Assembly: GCA_965249485.1 (NCBI GenBank)
Contig: OZ252239.1
Location: forward strand, 800,001 to 864,000
DNA: 64,000 nucleotides
Direction of reading: 5' to 3'
DNA from: a bacterium
Lineage (GTDB): Bacteria; SM23-31
The notes under the pieces were generated by a model. That model did not search any database, was not told the DNA's origin, and saw only the letters and a list, made by a program, of their open reading frames with translations. A program made the position numbers and the translations under genes. This document shows, piece after piece, positions 62,413 to 64,000 of the stretch; the stretch's first letter is position 1, and each line of letters starts with the position of its first letter.

Positions 62413-63582
62413 ATGGTATTGAAAACACTACACACAACACGGCGGACTTTTTTAAAAAATGCCGCAGCTGCCAGTTCCGTACTGGCTCTACCAATGATAA
62501 ATATCGGGCGTTATTCTGTGTTTGCCGGTATGCAGGATACCTATTCCAAACGCGCCATCGACCTCGTCATGAACTCTCTTGTCATTGACATGCTCAATAA
62601 TTTTAGCATCGGAGTGATTCCTCACGATTTTGTGCCAACAGGCAAAATGCCGAAAGATGAATTAGAACGGTATCTGCAATCCGGTATCAATGTGTTCGCT
62701 CTGGGAGACCAGGTAGAAAATTATGATGGAGGCATCAAATATTTTGAAGGTTGGAATAAATTTTTAGATGAAAATGATTCTGATTTTTATAAAATACTTA
62801 CTGAACGCGACCTAGACCGGGTTGTAGCTTCGAATAAATTTGGAATTATGTATACGCATCAAAAATCCAATCATTTCAGAAAACCAAGTGATGTCGATAC
62901 ATTCTTTCAGTATGGGCAACGTTTATCACAACTCATGCATAATTGGAAAAACCATCTTGGTTTCGGAGCATTTGAAGATATCGATGAAGGTTTGACCGAT
63001 ATCGGTGCTGAAATTGTCCGCAGAATGAATGAAGTCGGTATGGCAGTCGATATCGCTCATTGTGGAGACAAAACAGCGCATGATGCAATTGACATTTGTA
63101 CGAAACCGATTTTAATAACACATGCAAGCTGCCGTGCGCTCATTCCAGGCTATGCCCGTGCAAAAACAGATGAACATATTACAAAGATGGCAAAAACAGG
63201 CGGTGTTATCGGTATACCGATGCTCCGTTTTATGATCAGGGACAGAGAACCGGTTACGATTGAACACTATATCGATCACATTGACTATGCCGTAAAACTC
63301 GTTGGAATCGAACATGTCGGAATCGGCAGTGATATGGTAGGATTGGATACGGAAGATGCACTTCCGGAAGAAGAGCGTATAAGACGAATTACAAATGGGC
63401 CGCCGAAATACAAAGCCCATACAAATGAACAAAATCTTATCTGTATCGAAAAACTGAACCATCCGAAACGGATGTTCGATTTAACCGAAGGGCTTATTCG
63501 AAGAGGTTACAATAACCGTGAAATTAAAGCACTGCTCGGACTCAATTTTAAACGTGCGCTCGCTGAAATCTGGGATGTGTAG
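62413..63582 (+). CDS. Tat-exported M19 membrane-dipeptidase-family protein
   Basis: RRTFLK signal; GLT..G..IV..MNEVGMAVD.AH, THA, RAKTDE, HVGIGSD and LG.NF.R. Confidence 0.9.
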   Translation: MVLKTLHTTRRTFLKNAAAASSVLALPMINIGRYSVFAGMQDTYSKRAIDLVMNSLVIDMLNNFSIGVIPHDFVPTGKMPKDELERYLQSGINVFALGDQVENYDGGIKYFEGWNKFLDENDSDFYKILTERDLDRVVASNKFGIMYTHQKSNHFRKPSDVDTFFQYGQRLSQLMHNWKNHLGFGAFEDIDEGLTDIGAEIVRRMNEVGMAVDIAHCGDKTAHDAIDICTKPILITHASCRALIPGYARAKTDEHITKMAKTGGVIGIPMLRFMIRDREPVTIEHYIDHIDYAVKLVGIEHVGIGSDMVGLDTEDALPEEERIRRITNGPPKYKAHTNEQNLICIEKLNHPKRMFDLTEGLIRRGYNNREIKALLGLNFKRALAEIWDV

Positions 63583-63647
63583 GAACAATTTAATATTGCA
63601 TTAATTTAATATGATAATGCTAAATTTTCGAAAGGAGTACATTAGTC

Positions 63648-64000
63648 ATGAGTAAGAAGTATGTTCCAAATCCTGAAAATTTTCCCGATGTACCGTTCAG
63701 CGGTGCTGTTGTCAATGGAAACACCTGCTACTGCTCAGGCAGTCTGGGACTCGACGTAACAACAATGGAGATGGCTGAGGGCATTGAAGAACAGACGGTG
63801 AGAGCAATGAAGAATATAAAAGATACACTCTCACGTGCCGGATTTGAAATGGACGACCTTGTTACGGCTACAATCTACCTCAAAAATCTCGATGATTTTA
63901 AAGTGATGAATGAGGTTTACGCCCGCTCCTTTCCCGAGAATAAGCCGTCACGGACAACCGTCGGAGTTGCCGACCTCTTGATGGGCGCTCTTGTCGAAAT
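63648..64000 (+). CDS. RidA/YjgF-family protein (3'-truncated by window)
   Basis: PFSGAV..YCSG, IEEQT, YLKNLDDF..MNEVY and PSRTTVGV..L..GALVE; RBS AAGGAG. Confidence 0.92.
   Translation, partial: MSKKYVPNPENFPDVPFSGAVVNGNTCYCSGSLGLDVTTMEMAEGIEEQTVRAMKNIKDTLSRAGFEMDDLVTATIYLKNLDDFKVMNEVYARSFPENKPSRTTVGVADLLMGALVE

Noticed and set aside
1..64000. CRISPR array, cas genes, IS transposases, prophage genes, rRNA
   Set aside because: No regularly spaced repeats and no such ORFs or RNA genes seen.

Overview
This is a 64-kb bacterial chromosomal window. The RNase P RNA lacking P18, the DUF4295-like protein, the TPP-controlled TonB receptor and the DUF5916 protein point to the FCB superphylum, but that placement is inference. 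The left 25 kb holds housekeeping and envelope genes: a yidC-like 3' end, rnpB, nrnA-like, murB, a GAF-GAF-GGDEF cyclase, Csd6-like and Csd4-like peptidoglycan peptidases, pilT, rdgB, an AlkD-family gene, a TPP riboswitch with a TonB receptor, an M23 peptidase, and tRNAs Pro/Arg/His/Glu. It also holds two oddities: a CheC-like plus double FliG-C protein outside any flagellar operon, and a Xer-like recombinase with no catalytic Tyr. The middle (about 25.9-44.8 kb) is a respiratory block with an A-type Cu-heme oxidase operon, a Rieske/cytochrome b6-type complex with an 8-heme subunit, and a nested divergent operon of seven mostly uncharacterised genes (cupredoxin-like protein, ferredoxin, membrane and CxxC proteins). 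This block sits between a degenerate tRNA-Glu copy and a tRNA-Glu 3' remnant. A roughly 190-bp block (tRNA end, terminator, gene 3' end) is duplicated on both sides, which looks like a fossil, integrase-less island at tRNA-Glu. The right part holds a DUF5916 protein, a UDP-sugar dehydrogenase, an ECF sigma/anti-sigma/ABC operon with a second matching promoter 10.7 kb downstream, a NapC/NirT-type multiheme cytochrome, peptidases and RidA. About ten genes are split by frameshifts or single TGAs, several in homopolymer runs. These are most likely sequencing or assembly errors, so split genes are reported as joined CDSs.
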